Source of the DNA: Lophium mytilinum
Lineage: Eukaryota
Direction of reading: 5' to 3'
NCBI GenBank assembly: GCA_010093605.1
Contig: MU004201.1
Location: forward strand, 501,106-565,105
Length of the DNA stretch: 64,000 bases
Position 1 is the stretch's first letter. The number at the start of each line of letters is the position of its first letter. Below, in pieces: positions 11,657 to 22,949 of this stretch. The notes under the pieces are model-generated. The model was given only the letters and a program-made list of their open reading frames with translations, was not told the origin of the DNA and made no database searches. Both the position numbers and the translations under genes were made by a program.

Positions 11657-12790
11657 AAGGCTGGGCAAGGTCCAACAACGTATGTGAGCCGCTCGTCACG
11701 TTCTCTTGTCCGAACAGCTCCGTCTACTTCATCAACTTCATTATCCGCGACAGGGTGGCACTTTCGTTGTTGCCCTTAAGCATGTACAAGATGTAGGTCT
11801 TAAGTGCGGACGCCTTGAATATCTTACAGCAGCTCTTATACGTGGTCGGGCTTATGGCGATCCTCGCGTCCCTGGGTGTAGCGAAGACCGCCGTCCCCTT
11901 TACCTCCCTAACCAGGCGCACACCAATGTACTCGATCGATTGCGAGATAGGGTGGATTATCGCCTCGGGAACTTTCTTCGCACCCACAATGATGCTCTCG
12001 ATCACGGCTATGGCCTAAACCCCGTCCCGATGCCTGCTAATGGCCAGCTATAAGTTCGCGTTCGACTCCAGGAGGGTGTCCCTATTAGTCCTGAAGAAGG
12101 TGCTTGTTATAAAGGTCACGCTCTCGCTCTAAACCTAGGGCAGCTCCGCGAACTTAACGCTCCTGTAGAGCTTACCTATAATGTCCTTATAGCACAATAA
12201 AGAACGCGATACAGGTTCCCCATACGCTATTCTTTGAGATGTAGCCTCTTGCTGCGGTGGCTAAGTGATAATTGCTTAAAACCGTGCCCCCGGCGATGGA
12301 GTCGACCAGGGACCTAGTGTTGGGATGGATTGTTATTACGCGGCTGTCCGCCATAGGGTTCGCGGGTGCCGACCCAGTGCTTGGAGGCGTCTTGTGCCCC
12401 TTCGCCGTTGCAGTTGAGCTGTCGGTCTAGTTATAGGCCTGCTTAAACCCAACTGCCGCCCGCATCTTAAGCATGTTCGGGTCCGGGACTAACGCCGTGG
12501 TCCTTCCGGAGGGCTGGATGCCGTTCTAGGCCATGGACGCCAACAAGGTCTTTATCAAGTTAATGCGCCTATTAAAGCTCTCGACGATGACCGTGAGCAC
12601 CTCCAGTATATTAATGACCTTGTCGAGCTTTTCCGACCCCCCGGTGCCGATGCTAGTAATCTTATTAACTGCATTCTATCCTAGGTCCATACCTAAGTTT
12701 ACGTGCTCGAAGTCCTTATTCTTAAGAAAGTCAAAGATGCCGTGCGTAACAGAGACTCCCCGTAAGCAGAGCGAGGCGTAGAGGCTAAGA
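11657..12790 (-). pseudogene. Intronless orphan gene: coiled coil, low-complexity linker and C-terminal domain
   Basis: Reads …SEKLDKVINILEVLTVIVESFNRRINLIKTLLASMA*…STATAKGHKTPPSTGSAP… and, after one frameshift, joins track ORF 11724-12005. Confidence 0.5.
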
Positions 12791-12799
12791 GACCACTTT

Positions 12800-13390
12800 C
12801 ATTTTATCTCTTGCTGCAGATAGTCTCTATCACATCTTGCGGTGTGGTTTCCGGTTTGCGATGCTGGTACTGGGACAGCTGTAGGGAACCCTATCGATGT
12901 ATAAGGCTGGTTTTGCGACCCAGGTCCCGACTATGGCACTGGCGCTGGCGTATGTGGTAATGTAGCTGGCGGTGCTGGTGCATGTTCGGGAAGTAGTTGC
13001 TGTCGTCCGATAGCCCGCCAGCCCGCTTGCTCCTGCAGCCTACCTGGGGTTGCCAAGGCCCGAGCGCGAGCCGCCAAAGTCGCGGCCTAAAACTTCTATG
13101 CCAGCTCTCCGTTGCGTAGCGCTATAGGCTTAAGTAATCCTCGTCTCCGTATTCTTCTCGCTATCCTTAGCCTCTACTTTGTTATTATTAAAAAGCCATA
13201 TTGACGCGCTGTGGCATTAATCTCTCGTAGGTCCTGCTTCCGCCGCTCCCGTTCCATTTGTTTTGAAAGATTAGAAAGATGCGTTAGTGGGAAATAAGAC
13301 TACTTTAGTCCCGATGGCTATGACTACGTCCACAGCCCGAGGTCCTGCTGCCGCTACTCCATTTGCACCTTGCAAAGCTTATCGGATTCG
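12800..13390 (-). pseudogene. Decayed Pro/Gln-rich hypothetical gene
   Basis: Reads MERERRKQDLREIN…EHAPAPPATLPHTPAPVP with RIP-type stops. A short duplicated start motif occurs at about 13229 and 13340. Confidence 0.3.
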
Positions 13391-13455
13391 CTAATGCTAA
13401 AGCGCTGAAGAATCAATGGTGAGCTTAGTGTGCCTCCGGGTACAACAATCTGCTT

Positions 13456-13930
13456 TCAAGTCCTAATAGTCTTAGATTGGTGCTCCCACCTAGAGATTTT
13501 CAGTGGAGCAGTGAATATCTGGAAAACTCCTCGAGCCACGGTCCAGCAACGGGACCCCATGGTAAAGACGAAACGACGTAGTTTATACCGAAGAAGAGCG
13601 TCTCCGGGAGAAGAGTGAACCGATGATGACCGTAAGGTCGGAAATAAATCTTTTTTAACATCACCATGTAAGAGAAAATTGGAGCGTTTTGGATCAACTG
13701 AAGACCCACCTAAAATCTGCAACCTAGACCAACTTAGATAGACAATATTAATGAGAAGGGGCAAGATAACAAGGTAGAGATGAATGATAGAGGAGAAACT
13801 AATTGCACGGACGAAGTTAATTGCGGCGGTGTCCGAAGAATTAGACGTATTGGGGCAAGCTTTTTGCAAAACCCCTCCTCCCTTACTATTTGCTGCGTCG
13901 TGTATAGAGTAGCGACGTTAGTCTTTAGCA
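13456..13930 (-). pseudogene. Decayed putative membrane-protein gene
   Basis: Hydrophobic segment IIHLYLVILPLLINIVYLSW with frameshifted downstream sequence. Confidence 0.3.
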
Positions 13931-14631
13931 TTTTGGGGGCTGGTGGTGCAGTTAAATTCTAAAATATAACATTACTTATAGAACACGCTAAGTTACGAAG
14001 TAGCGTTTGATGTACTGTATCATTACAGGCACATCTTAACGTCCGAAGAGAGAGGTAGTGTGTGGCACCGCGGCCAGGTAGCCAGATTTAGGGCCAGCAA
14101 AACGCTGGCGTTGGCATTAAGAGCGGTGGTATTAAGAACGATATAGCTAAAGAGAACGTCCTGCAGCTACTGTTAGTTAGCACGCGTGCGGTTGAGTTGG
14201 CGGCGAAGACAATTAAAATGATGCGGTGAATCACGTTCTTAGAGTAGATTTTGTTTCCACTCTTAACCTTGTGTGGCGCTAGGAACACCGAGAACAAGCT
14301 TAGCACTTGGATAATTGTCGTCGCCTCAACGATTAGGTAGGTTGTTTGAGCTGAAGCTGGCGGCGAAAGATCTGCTTCAAAATTGACATTGGCGTGAGGC
14401 TGTGGTAGTTGTCCAGACAGCCGTTTGGATACTTTAACAGGCTCCTGGCTCGCTAATGGAATTTTGCTCTTGATTGCGAGGAGGAATTAGAGTATTCTTC
14501 TGGTACCGAGGCCTTTAAAGATCGGGAAGGTGGTAAGAATAAAGATGAAGCGACAAAGAAGAAGGACGGCGTAAGTCTACAAAGTAATGAGTTTTGCACT
14601 ACTTTGAATACTACTTCATGTTGTCTCTGAC

Positions 14632-14736
14632 TTATTGTCGTCTTGTTTTAGTAAGAGATTAACTGTCGCCTCTTATCCTGATTCTGCAGCTCGCGACAGT
14701 GGAGAATAGCCCTAATTGTCTCGAATATCGGCAAAG
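14632..14736 (-). pseudogene. Single ankyrin-repeat fragment
   Basis: ADIRDN*GYSPLSRAAESG*EATVNLLLKQ matches the ankyrin consensus. Confidence 0.75.
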
Positions 14737-14779
14737 CTTTCGTCATCATCGTCACCCCTGACCAGCTCACCGCAGCGGC

Positions 14780-15330
14780 ACTCGAGATACACTACTAGTG
14801 CCCACGCGGCGACCTTTTTCGACCGGTTTAAGATGAGCCTTCTTTTATTACGACTGAACTCGAAATTCGTCGTTTAGTATTGGCAGTATCCGTCTGCCCA
14901 AATTTATTAGGCGTGAGTCTTCGCAGCTAAGTGGCTAGACCGGGTAGGTCGAATAGTTTTGGATGGTGTGGATAAGCCGGAGGGTTATTTCACTGGCGAC
15001 TGGACGAGGAACCTCGTTGATGTGGACACCGTGGTTCGGAGCTTCTCTAAATCGTGGCAACAGGCTGCGTCGAAGAGCTGCTTGTTCTATTGCAAGATGC
15101 CTGCTGACATTACTAAAGCGCTTAATGCGGTAATCGAGACGATTAATTTTAAATATAGTTTGAGAAGAAGGGCGAGCAATATACACGTTCCAGATTGTTA
15201 GGTTTCGAGAAGACTATGTCCGTGTGGTGGAAACGAGTTGTCCTTGCGCTTAGACGAGGCCGACACCAACATACGTTGATGCTGAAGAGGCGCGGGCCAT
15301 TGTTGCGGCGGTATAGCTTTGGAATTTAGC
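14780..15330 (+). pseudogene. Alpha/beta hydrolase (peptidase S33/TAP-like family) fragment
   Basis: …FAAKWLDRVGRIVLDGVDKPEGYFTGDWTRNLVDVDTVVRSF…SCLFY matches the fungal TAP-like motif FAxxFPDRVGRxVLDGV. The nucleophile region is degraded. Confidence 0.7.
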
Positions 15331-15581
15331 GCAGGCATATCGAGGGGGATAGGTTCTAGAGTAAAAGCAGACGCTTCAGTTAGGACTACTGCCTCGGAAG
15401 CTCAATCCTCCCAGCATTTAGGCCCGACACGAGGTCTTCTCTAGGCCAGGGACCGCTAAAGCCGTGCATTATACAGCCTTACCGATTTAGGGCGTATACT
15501 ACAACAAACAATGTTACAGTCTTACGCTTGGCGTGTTCAGTCTAGGCGTTAGTATCGCGAATGACGCCCATGGGGAAGGCC

Positions 15582-16903
15582 TTAAGAATCCAACGGGTTT
15601 CTATGTAGAGTACTGTAGAAGGTGTTAGAAATTAAAAAGAGGAGACAGAGTAGAGAAGACATGCTAGCTATAATACACCTTGCCACTGCTAAGACACGCG
15701 AGACGACGGATGGCAGGTCCTGGATGTTATTACGAAGAGATCTTGCGGTGGCGCTTAATGCTGCCCTTTCTAAGGCTCTTATCTCCTTGTTTAACTGTTT
15801 CTGGACCAAAGGCTAATTAAGCAGGATTGGTTGCCTATACCAGCACCTCTCCCTCAGCGTCCACGCAATGTTACTCTGCATGTCTAGGGTCTAAACTACC
15901 CTTTACTCTCCCCTATACACCTCCAGTTACTCCCCAGGGCGACTTCTGCCTTCGCCACCTTCTTAGCTGCTTCCACATCTCACCCTTCTGCACCTCCTTC
16001 CGCTCCTTGAGGCGGCTCGTATGCTCTTACCCCTTCGCTGCCTTCTTAGCGGCTTTATCAAGGGGAAAGAGCATGCTGCCCTCTTCTCCATTCGCTCCTT
16101 GAGTGGTCTTGTATGCTCCTAAGCCTTCGTTGCCTTCTTAGCAGCTTTAACCCGTGATTCCATATGCGGTCTTCCTCATTAACGCAGATGCGCATGCGCT
16201 TTGCATAGATCTTAGGGTCCATCTCAAATTCTAGTGTTAAACAATAGTAATAAGTAGCGAAGAAGCAGATGCGGGTAGCAATGCCATGTAGCACGATGTG
16301 AGCGACTGCTACAGCGTTGTAGGACTAGGTGCCGCGGTTAGGCTAGTTAAGAATAACGAGAAAGCGGGGCATGGTCTTAGAGAAGATCTTCTAGGTAACT
16401 ATAAGCTCGACGAAGAAGGTTAACAGGGTTGTGGGGAACGGCCTAGGCAACTACAACGCCATTGTTATTATAAGACAAGGTGCCGCAGCTAAGCTTGTCG
16501 AGAATGATAAGGATGCGAAGCGTAGACTTGGAGAGGCCCTTCTTAGTCTCCGTAAGCTCGATAGAGATTGTTAACTCCTGTGGAAAACAAGGTACCGCGG
16601 TTGAGCTTGTCGAGGATAATAAGAGACCGGGCGTGGTCTTAAAAAGGATCTTCTGAGTCTCCGCAAGCTCGACGGAGGAGGTTAATCGGGGTGGGGCGGC
16701 CTAAGCGACTGCGATGCCGCCGTAAGACGAGGTGCCGCGGTCGAGGTGCCGCGGCCGAGGACGTTGATAATAATCAGAGGGGGTCCGTAGCCTCGGAGAG
16801 AATCTTTTGGGTCTCTGCGAGCTGGACGAAGAAGGTTGACTGGGCGGCGAAGATATTGGCGCCGAGGAGACATAATGCGTTCTATGGGGGTTAGGCGGGC
16901 CAA
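15582..16903 (-). pseudogene. Decayed repeat-containing hypothetical gene or genes
   Basis: Four degenerate repeats start GGT(G/A)CCGC at about 16328, 16480, 16591 and 16731 (minus-strand P(V/I)NLLRRAxGDxED…LIILDKLxRGT). A 93-bp KAAKK duplication lies at about 16003 and 16096. Confidence 0.4.
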
Positions 16904-16931
16904 TATAGTAGGGAGGTAGCAGTCCTAGAAT

Positions 16932-16985
16932 TAGGGCTCGGAATTAATTAACTATTTAAACGGCTGATTAAATGGATTGAAGCGG
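16932..16985. mobile_element. Solo terminus of the 1748-2187 MITE family
   Basis: TAGGGCTCGGAATTAATTAAC matches the MITE TIR CAGGGCTCGGAGTTAATCAAC with transition changes. No partner end seen. Confidence 0.55.
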
Positions 16986-18384
16986 ACGCGTGGTGTTGTC
17001 TTACTTTGCGTATCGGTGTTTCTTCCTCCAGGCGTGTGAGGGAAGTAATAAGATCGGCGGGTGCTAACATCCGAGATCGCGGAGGTTTCTAGGTCTCTAC
17101 CACCGATAGTAGTTCTTTTGGAATCCACAATGTTTAGAGCACGTTGACTTGTTTCTCGTCTAATACAATGCGGTATTTGATGTCGATGCTCTTTTAAAAG
17201 CGAAGTGCTCCGGCTCCAACGCGATCGATACTAAGAGACAAACCAGATTAATAGACCTGCTTTAGCAGCCAGCACGTGACTATAAGAAGTAACGCACGAC
17301 TAGGAATTTCAACGCACAATATCTGTTTGTCCGGCTTTGCGTTATTATAGGTTCCTAATGAAGATATATAGGAGGGAAAACATGATGGACAAGTTTTAGG
17401 AGACGTGTGCACGTGCACGACACGTGCTGAGTTGGCCGAATAACTATTAACCAACACCTTACTGCCTATAAACACTTATTTCTCTCTCTACTTACACCTT
17501 ATAGGCACACGTGGAAGATATGCCGCACGGGAAGCCGGCTTTGCAATGCAAAATTTCGTACTATATTTATATACTCTAAGTTTTTGCAACCTATCTTTTA
17601 TAGTTACGTGCGGCTGGTAAGTTATATAATGATAGAGAACGGCATATATACATAGATACCCAAAGTTTTAGTTCTCTCCGGCTAGATTAACAATATAATT
17701 CTGAATATTGTAAGCTTGGCGGCGTTCAGCTGGCAACGTAAGTTCCTTTTCAAAATCCGCTAGCATTTAACACTCTTGCCCGCGTCTATATTATCAACCC
17801 GTAGAGATCTATAAGACACATACATATCTACAGAATTAGCATCCTTCCTACCTACTAATGGCATTAGCGGTGAGCTCCTGCAGCCCCCTTCTTTCCGTGG
17901 AACAATGGTTTGGTCGGACCTCAATTCTTTAACCTTCTAGCGCGAAGGGTTTCTCGTAGAGACCACGAGAATCCGAGGACCGGTGCCTAACACAACACGC
18001 AAACTTCAACCAACAAGTAAGATAGTGAGTAGGTAGTAGATTATATTATGGAAATCTTTCACAAATCATGAAGAAGCACACGGGCTGCTGCATCAACGAA
18101 GAGCAATTTAGTCATTGAGAGACAGTGCCTTATCTAAGCGCTGGGAATTTGTACTACATAATGTTATGTTCTACCTGGAATATATAAAATTTAAAGACAG
18201 CCTCCAATACTCAACCGTCCATCTTAACAAACGTTAAGGTCAGCACGATTTCCGAAAATGTCCGAGATCTCTCAGTGCGCCCGGGACTATAATGCGATTG
18301 ACCTAAGTGTTTATAACTAACATCCTAAAAGCCCCCGCGTAATGTTTAGAGGTACATTAATACCTAGTGCAACTAGATACGCTC

Positions 18385-19662
18385 CTAGACTAGATAGTCT
18401 GTGATTGCCTTACCTGAAACATTAACTTAACTACTGCTACACGTTTAGAGTTGGCTAGCCAACCGTGTAAAATGGGAGTACTTACGATATCCATCCATAC
18501 TTGTTACTAGGTAACCCTGTAACGCGCGGCCTATGCTGTTAAAGAGCAACATCTTGGTCGCCCTGGAAGTTTGCCTGTAAAGGCATTCTGCGGAATCGTC
18601 GTAGTCTATCTAGATCTTAGATAGGAGCTGGACCTCACTGGTGTAGGGATCCGGGACATTGATCGACACCCAGACTTTTGCCGCGATTTCTTCCTCCGCT
18701 GCGCTTAGGGGTCTCCCAAGTGCAGTCTCCTCCTGGCGCAAGTAGGCGGCCCTAAGGTCCCAGTTGCGCAGAAAATGGAGGTCCTTTAGGTTCGTGTTTG
18801 CATAATAGGCCCACATCTCGTCTGCAAAGCACCCAGATGAGTCTCGCGCGTAAGGAAGGACATAAGCAGCAATGTTCTTATATGCAGCTTCTATAAAGCT
18901 GCGTATAAAGGTGAGTGTAAGCTCCTGGATTCCAAGGACGACGGGGTGGGACTCCTATCTGCTAAGGAGGTCAAGAATGATTTGAGCAATGTAGTGCTGA
19001 ATAGCTTCCTCAATTTCACTAAATAGAGTAGCTAGTGGCTGCTCCCACTCGCTAAGACATGACGATGTGAGGTGTTGAACGGGGACACTTTCTCTCCTAA
19101 TCTCATCCAGCTGAAATCTCCGACGGAGACACCCGAATCGTGGGTTCCGAGCTCGCTCCCGACGAGGACTGGACCACCCTGTGGCAGAGCTCGCCTTATA
19201 GTTAACTTGCGCGGCATCTATACTCTTGCATCCGCTACCTTTAGACTAATTAACGGAGTAAGACTTATTGTATAAGCCTTCGTCCAGGGCTCCTCTATGT
19301 TTAAGCGAAGGTCGCATGTCCTTAAGATTTTGGTGGAAGTGCAGGAAGGTCTTATCCAGACAGGTCTTGAGATAGGCTTCTGGTTCACGACTATGTACAG
19401 CTCGGTCTAACTGTATAGATAGTTTTCCAATCGTTACGCCTAAAATTTTATGGATCTTCTCGGCTTCCACGCCGAAGCCGGCAAAAGTGAATTCGGGAAG
19501 CCCTTCTCGGGCTGGACTTGGGGGAGGTGCTGTGTTCGTCTTGTATTAGCCGGGGGATTAGACTGGGAACGCCGTAGCGCAATAGTAGGTCTTACCAAGG
19601 GTTCCGTCTTGTATCTCGTCTGGGTAGTTTGGCTTAGTGCAGATAGGGAGTTGGACACGCAT
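18385..19662 (-). pseudogene. Dynamin/Mx-like protein middle and GED region lacking the GTPase domain
   Basis: One frame from ATG 19662 joins track ORFs 19246-19470 and 18610-18816. It reads WEQPLATLFSEIEEAI… and PDPYTSEVQLLSKI*IDYDDSAECL…LFNSI, resembling the fungal dynamin-like GED (DPFxxExxxxAxVRxYY). GTAAGT donor at 18485. Confidence 0.5.
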
Positions 19663-19677
19663 GATTCGGGTAGCTTG

Positions 19678-19843
19678 TATGGTGTAGGAGAAGGCAGCAA
19701 GTGAAAGCCGATGTGTGAGAGAAGACAGCGTGTAAGATCCGATGTGTGAGAAAAGACAGCGTGTAAGAGCCGAGGTGTGGGAGAGAACAGCGTGTGAAAG
19801 TAGAGGTATAGGAGAAGACAGCGAGTAAAAGTAAAGATATAGG
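19678..19843. repeat. About 31-bp tandem repeat, 5-6 units
   Basis: CCGATGTGTGAGAGAAGACAGCGTGTAAGAT and variants, immediately upstream of the minus-strand ATG at 19662. Confidence 0.85.
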
Positions 19844-21380
19844 AATTGGGCAGATATATAGCTCCATTCATGATTTAATAAACGTAACTTATAAGGGGGG
19901 AGCCAGTGCGCTTAGGAGTGCGTTCGCGGGTCTGGAAAGATAAGTTGAGGTGGGAAGCAGCAGCCATCCGAATCCACAACTGGAAATCTCTTGCCTGCCA
20001 CTATTAATGTGACGAGTCGCAACGTTCATACTAAGGATAATTGTAGAGACGAAGCAAAAGAGACATGGGTATATGCACGCTGGTCCTATTATGTAATTGT
20101 TATAAAGAGACTAAAAGACGTCCACGCTATTAGTGGCACGCATTGCAGATTTTAAAGGCGGTTACAGATCAATAGTGTAACCATCTTCTTGGGCACATAA
20201 CCCAGCATGGCGCGCAATCCTGGCTCGCCACCCCGATGGCAATGTACAACCTGGAGGCGTATAGTTCCCGTGGCCTTAAGCAGCAACGAGAAAAGGTTAA
20301 TATGGTGCTTACCTAGGTACGCTTTATGCCTATGCCGAGACAATAATTTGCTTGCATCTTAACAGCCCGCCATCTCTACCGGATCGCGTGGTCTGCGAGG
20401 CCGAACCTTGAGAGCGTCCTCACTTCTATCTGCTGTTGGGCTGGCTGGCTGCAGCGCTTATGCAGCGAGTAAACAGTCTGCAGGTATTTTAGAAGGCCAC
20501 CTGGGCAATGGCGACCGGCTTCACGCCCCGGCTCGCAACCAAGGATTCCCCTGGTCCCCCTCACCACCGTACTTAACGCCCCCTAGTTCCATCCCGCTCC
20601 CCATCCTCCCCCTAACTATCCCCTCCCCCAACTCACTAGTAACAACGCATGCGCAGCGTAGCTATATACAGTCCGCTATCTATTATTTAAACTAGAATGC
20701 AACTGCGCCTATATTGCGTCCACGCTATAGAAGGATTTGGAGCGCCGTTAGACACCTATACCCCTAGGAGCGGATCCGAGCACCTCCATCCCGCAACTAT
20801 CACTTGACTGAAGTGCCTCAACGGATAGCTGCTGCGGCTCCCGTCTATTAACTTCACGGAAACTCCTCGACGGATGGTTGCTGCACTTCGTGTCTATCGA
20901 ACCGCTAGTTATTGGCCATGAAGACGACGGGACATCGGGAGCTAAGACGGGGCCTAGGTTCCGCTTAGGATGGCCTGCCCTAAGCTAGACCGCTTGCTTG
21001 AGGAGCACCCAATCCGCTGAGGCCCATGACGCTGAAGCCCAGAGTGATTCCACTCGTCTTGGTGTTGTATAAAGTTGACGACATCTCTTCTTCTTACTTC
21101 TTCTTAATTACTTTTCTTGGATTCCTACCAGCATCCAGACCTCGCCTTTTTCTCCGTCGCCTTTCTTATTTTCCAACCAACATCTAGTTCTCGCCTTCTC
21201 CTTAAATACTTTTCTCGTTTGCCAGCATCCAGTTCGTTGCACCCTTGTTGTAGGCTCCTGTCTTATCTCCTTGTTAATTGGTACGCTTTCTGCCTGTTAA
21301 AGTGGCCAATAGCTATCTACCTGGCTAACCTTAAGCTCTAGAATATTATGCCTCCGTCAACCCTATCTTTATCTAGCTAA

Positions 21381-22670
21381 ATGGAGCCTAAACAGTACGC
21401 ACCAAATAAGCTTCCGCACGTTTCTGGCCCCGTTATCTGCCCTAGTATATCTATTAGCATAGCTACTGCATTTCCAAAACCTGCTAACACGTCGCTCTTA
21501 CCAGAGCACACTTTTTTGCCTAGACTTGTCGCACCTTTACGTCCCCTAGCTTTCATCCCACCATCACATACCTTCGGCCTACCAGCTCGCCCTCTGCCTA
21601 TGCCATCTACATCTCTAGCTCTTAATAGGTATATATATCTAGCATATCCTCTAGACATACCTATCTATCCCCAAGCCTTCAATCGGCACCCAGGCTCTAT
21701 CGCGCCGGAGTATCTACCAGGCATACCAATACCCCCCCTAGCACAAGTCGCATCTAGCAACGTGGAGGAGTCACAGATAGCTGGGCACCAACCTGAAAAC
21801 CTCGTGTACTGTAAGTCTTTGCTGCACTACTGCTTTCCTTAGTCTAATTGTGTGCCTATTTTAACCCTATCTAGTTCTAGGGAAGATGAAAAAGACCGGC
21901 ATAAGTCTATTCGACCGTGTCAACATGCCCCCCCCTCCGCCGAGATATTTATTTCACGACGCCCTAAGCGCCGAGCAGGTTCTTATAGGGGATTAATCTA
22001 TCTACAAGTTATGTTCGCACGCGATCTTTCCCGGGGAGAGAATTATGCTAAGGGAGTGGGATAGTTACAAACGCTGCCCGGTTTTACTTACGTCTCTAGT
22101 GGACACCACACCCGGTACGGGGTGGACTTGCAAGATTGAGCTGTTAATGAGCTACCAGCTCTTAGAGCCTACGTCTATATTATCAAATTGGGCGCCTTTC
22201 TTTCCTTGGGTCTTAAATGGATGCCCATTTATTGTTCCGTTCTGCACCCTATGGAACAAAGACTACCTAGTGAACGCGCTTCACTGCGCGCACCTAGCGA
22301 TTCTAAACCTGACCCAGGCCCCCGAAATCTACGCTGCGTATGCGGTTTACGGTATTCAGCCTCTCAATAATGGATAATGCTAATTTAGCCTAAACGTTAT
22401 CTCCATTACAGTCTCGGGGCCCCAGTGCCACGATTACTCCTTCTACGATCTTCCGGGGATTGTCAGCCTACTTGACCACAGATACTAGTTCGCTTACGCC
22501 AAGTTTACCCAGGAGCTGGCCAGGGAGTACATATGCCGGTAGAGTATACCATTTCTATACGTGCATATAAGGGGAGTAAACACCTTTAATTCTATTACCT
22601 TTTAAATAATTGCAGACTTGTATAAATAGAACGGCTCCATGAGGCACATGTCGTATTATTAATGGCTTTC
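21381..22670 (+). pseudogene. Dynamin-family GTPase N-terminal domain, degenerate, with a Pro-rich first exon
   Basis: After an intron (GTAAGT at 21811) it reads VLIGD*SIYK…KRCPVLL…WTCKIEL…FFPWV…AHLAILN…FSLNVISITVSGPQCHDYSFYDLPGI…LAREYI. These are the dynamin G1, (T)RCP and DLPG motifs in order. Confidence 0.75.
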
Positions 22671-22949
22671 CACGCCAGTACGATTAGGGTACGGTCGGAA
22701 GTGGAAGGAGTCCTAAGATGAAATGGCTGCAGGCAGGTTCAGGTAGACCAGCAATGGAGAAGTAATGGGAGTTGGAGTTAAACTTTTTCTTATCACAATA
22801 TACCCATATTCAGCTTTTTTAGTCTAGCTAGGAGTTATAATAGTAACGGAAGCGAAACTTCTCTATCAAAATTTATTTGGTACCTTTGACATTTTTAATC
22901 TTTATAGTGTCCGCCCGTGCCTTAAGATGCGCTTATTAGCTTACGGTAT

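Noticed and set aside
19678..19843. CRISPR-like 31-bp repeats
   Set aside because: Units are contiguous with no unique spacers, there are no cas genes, and the context is eukaryotic.
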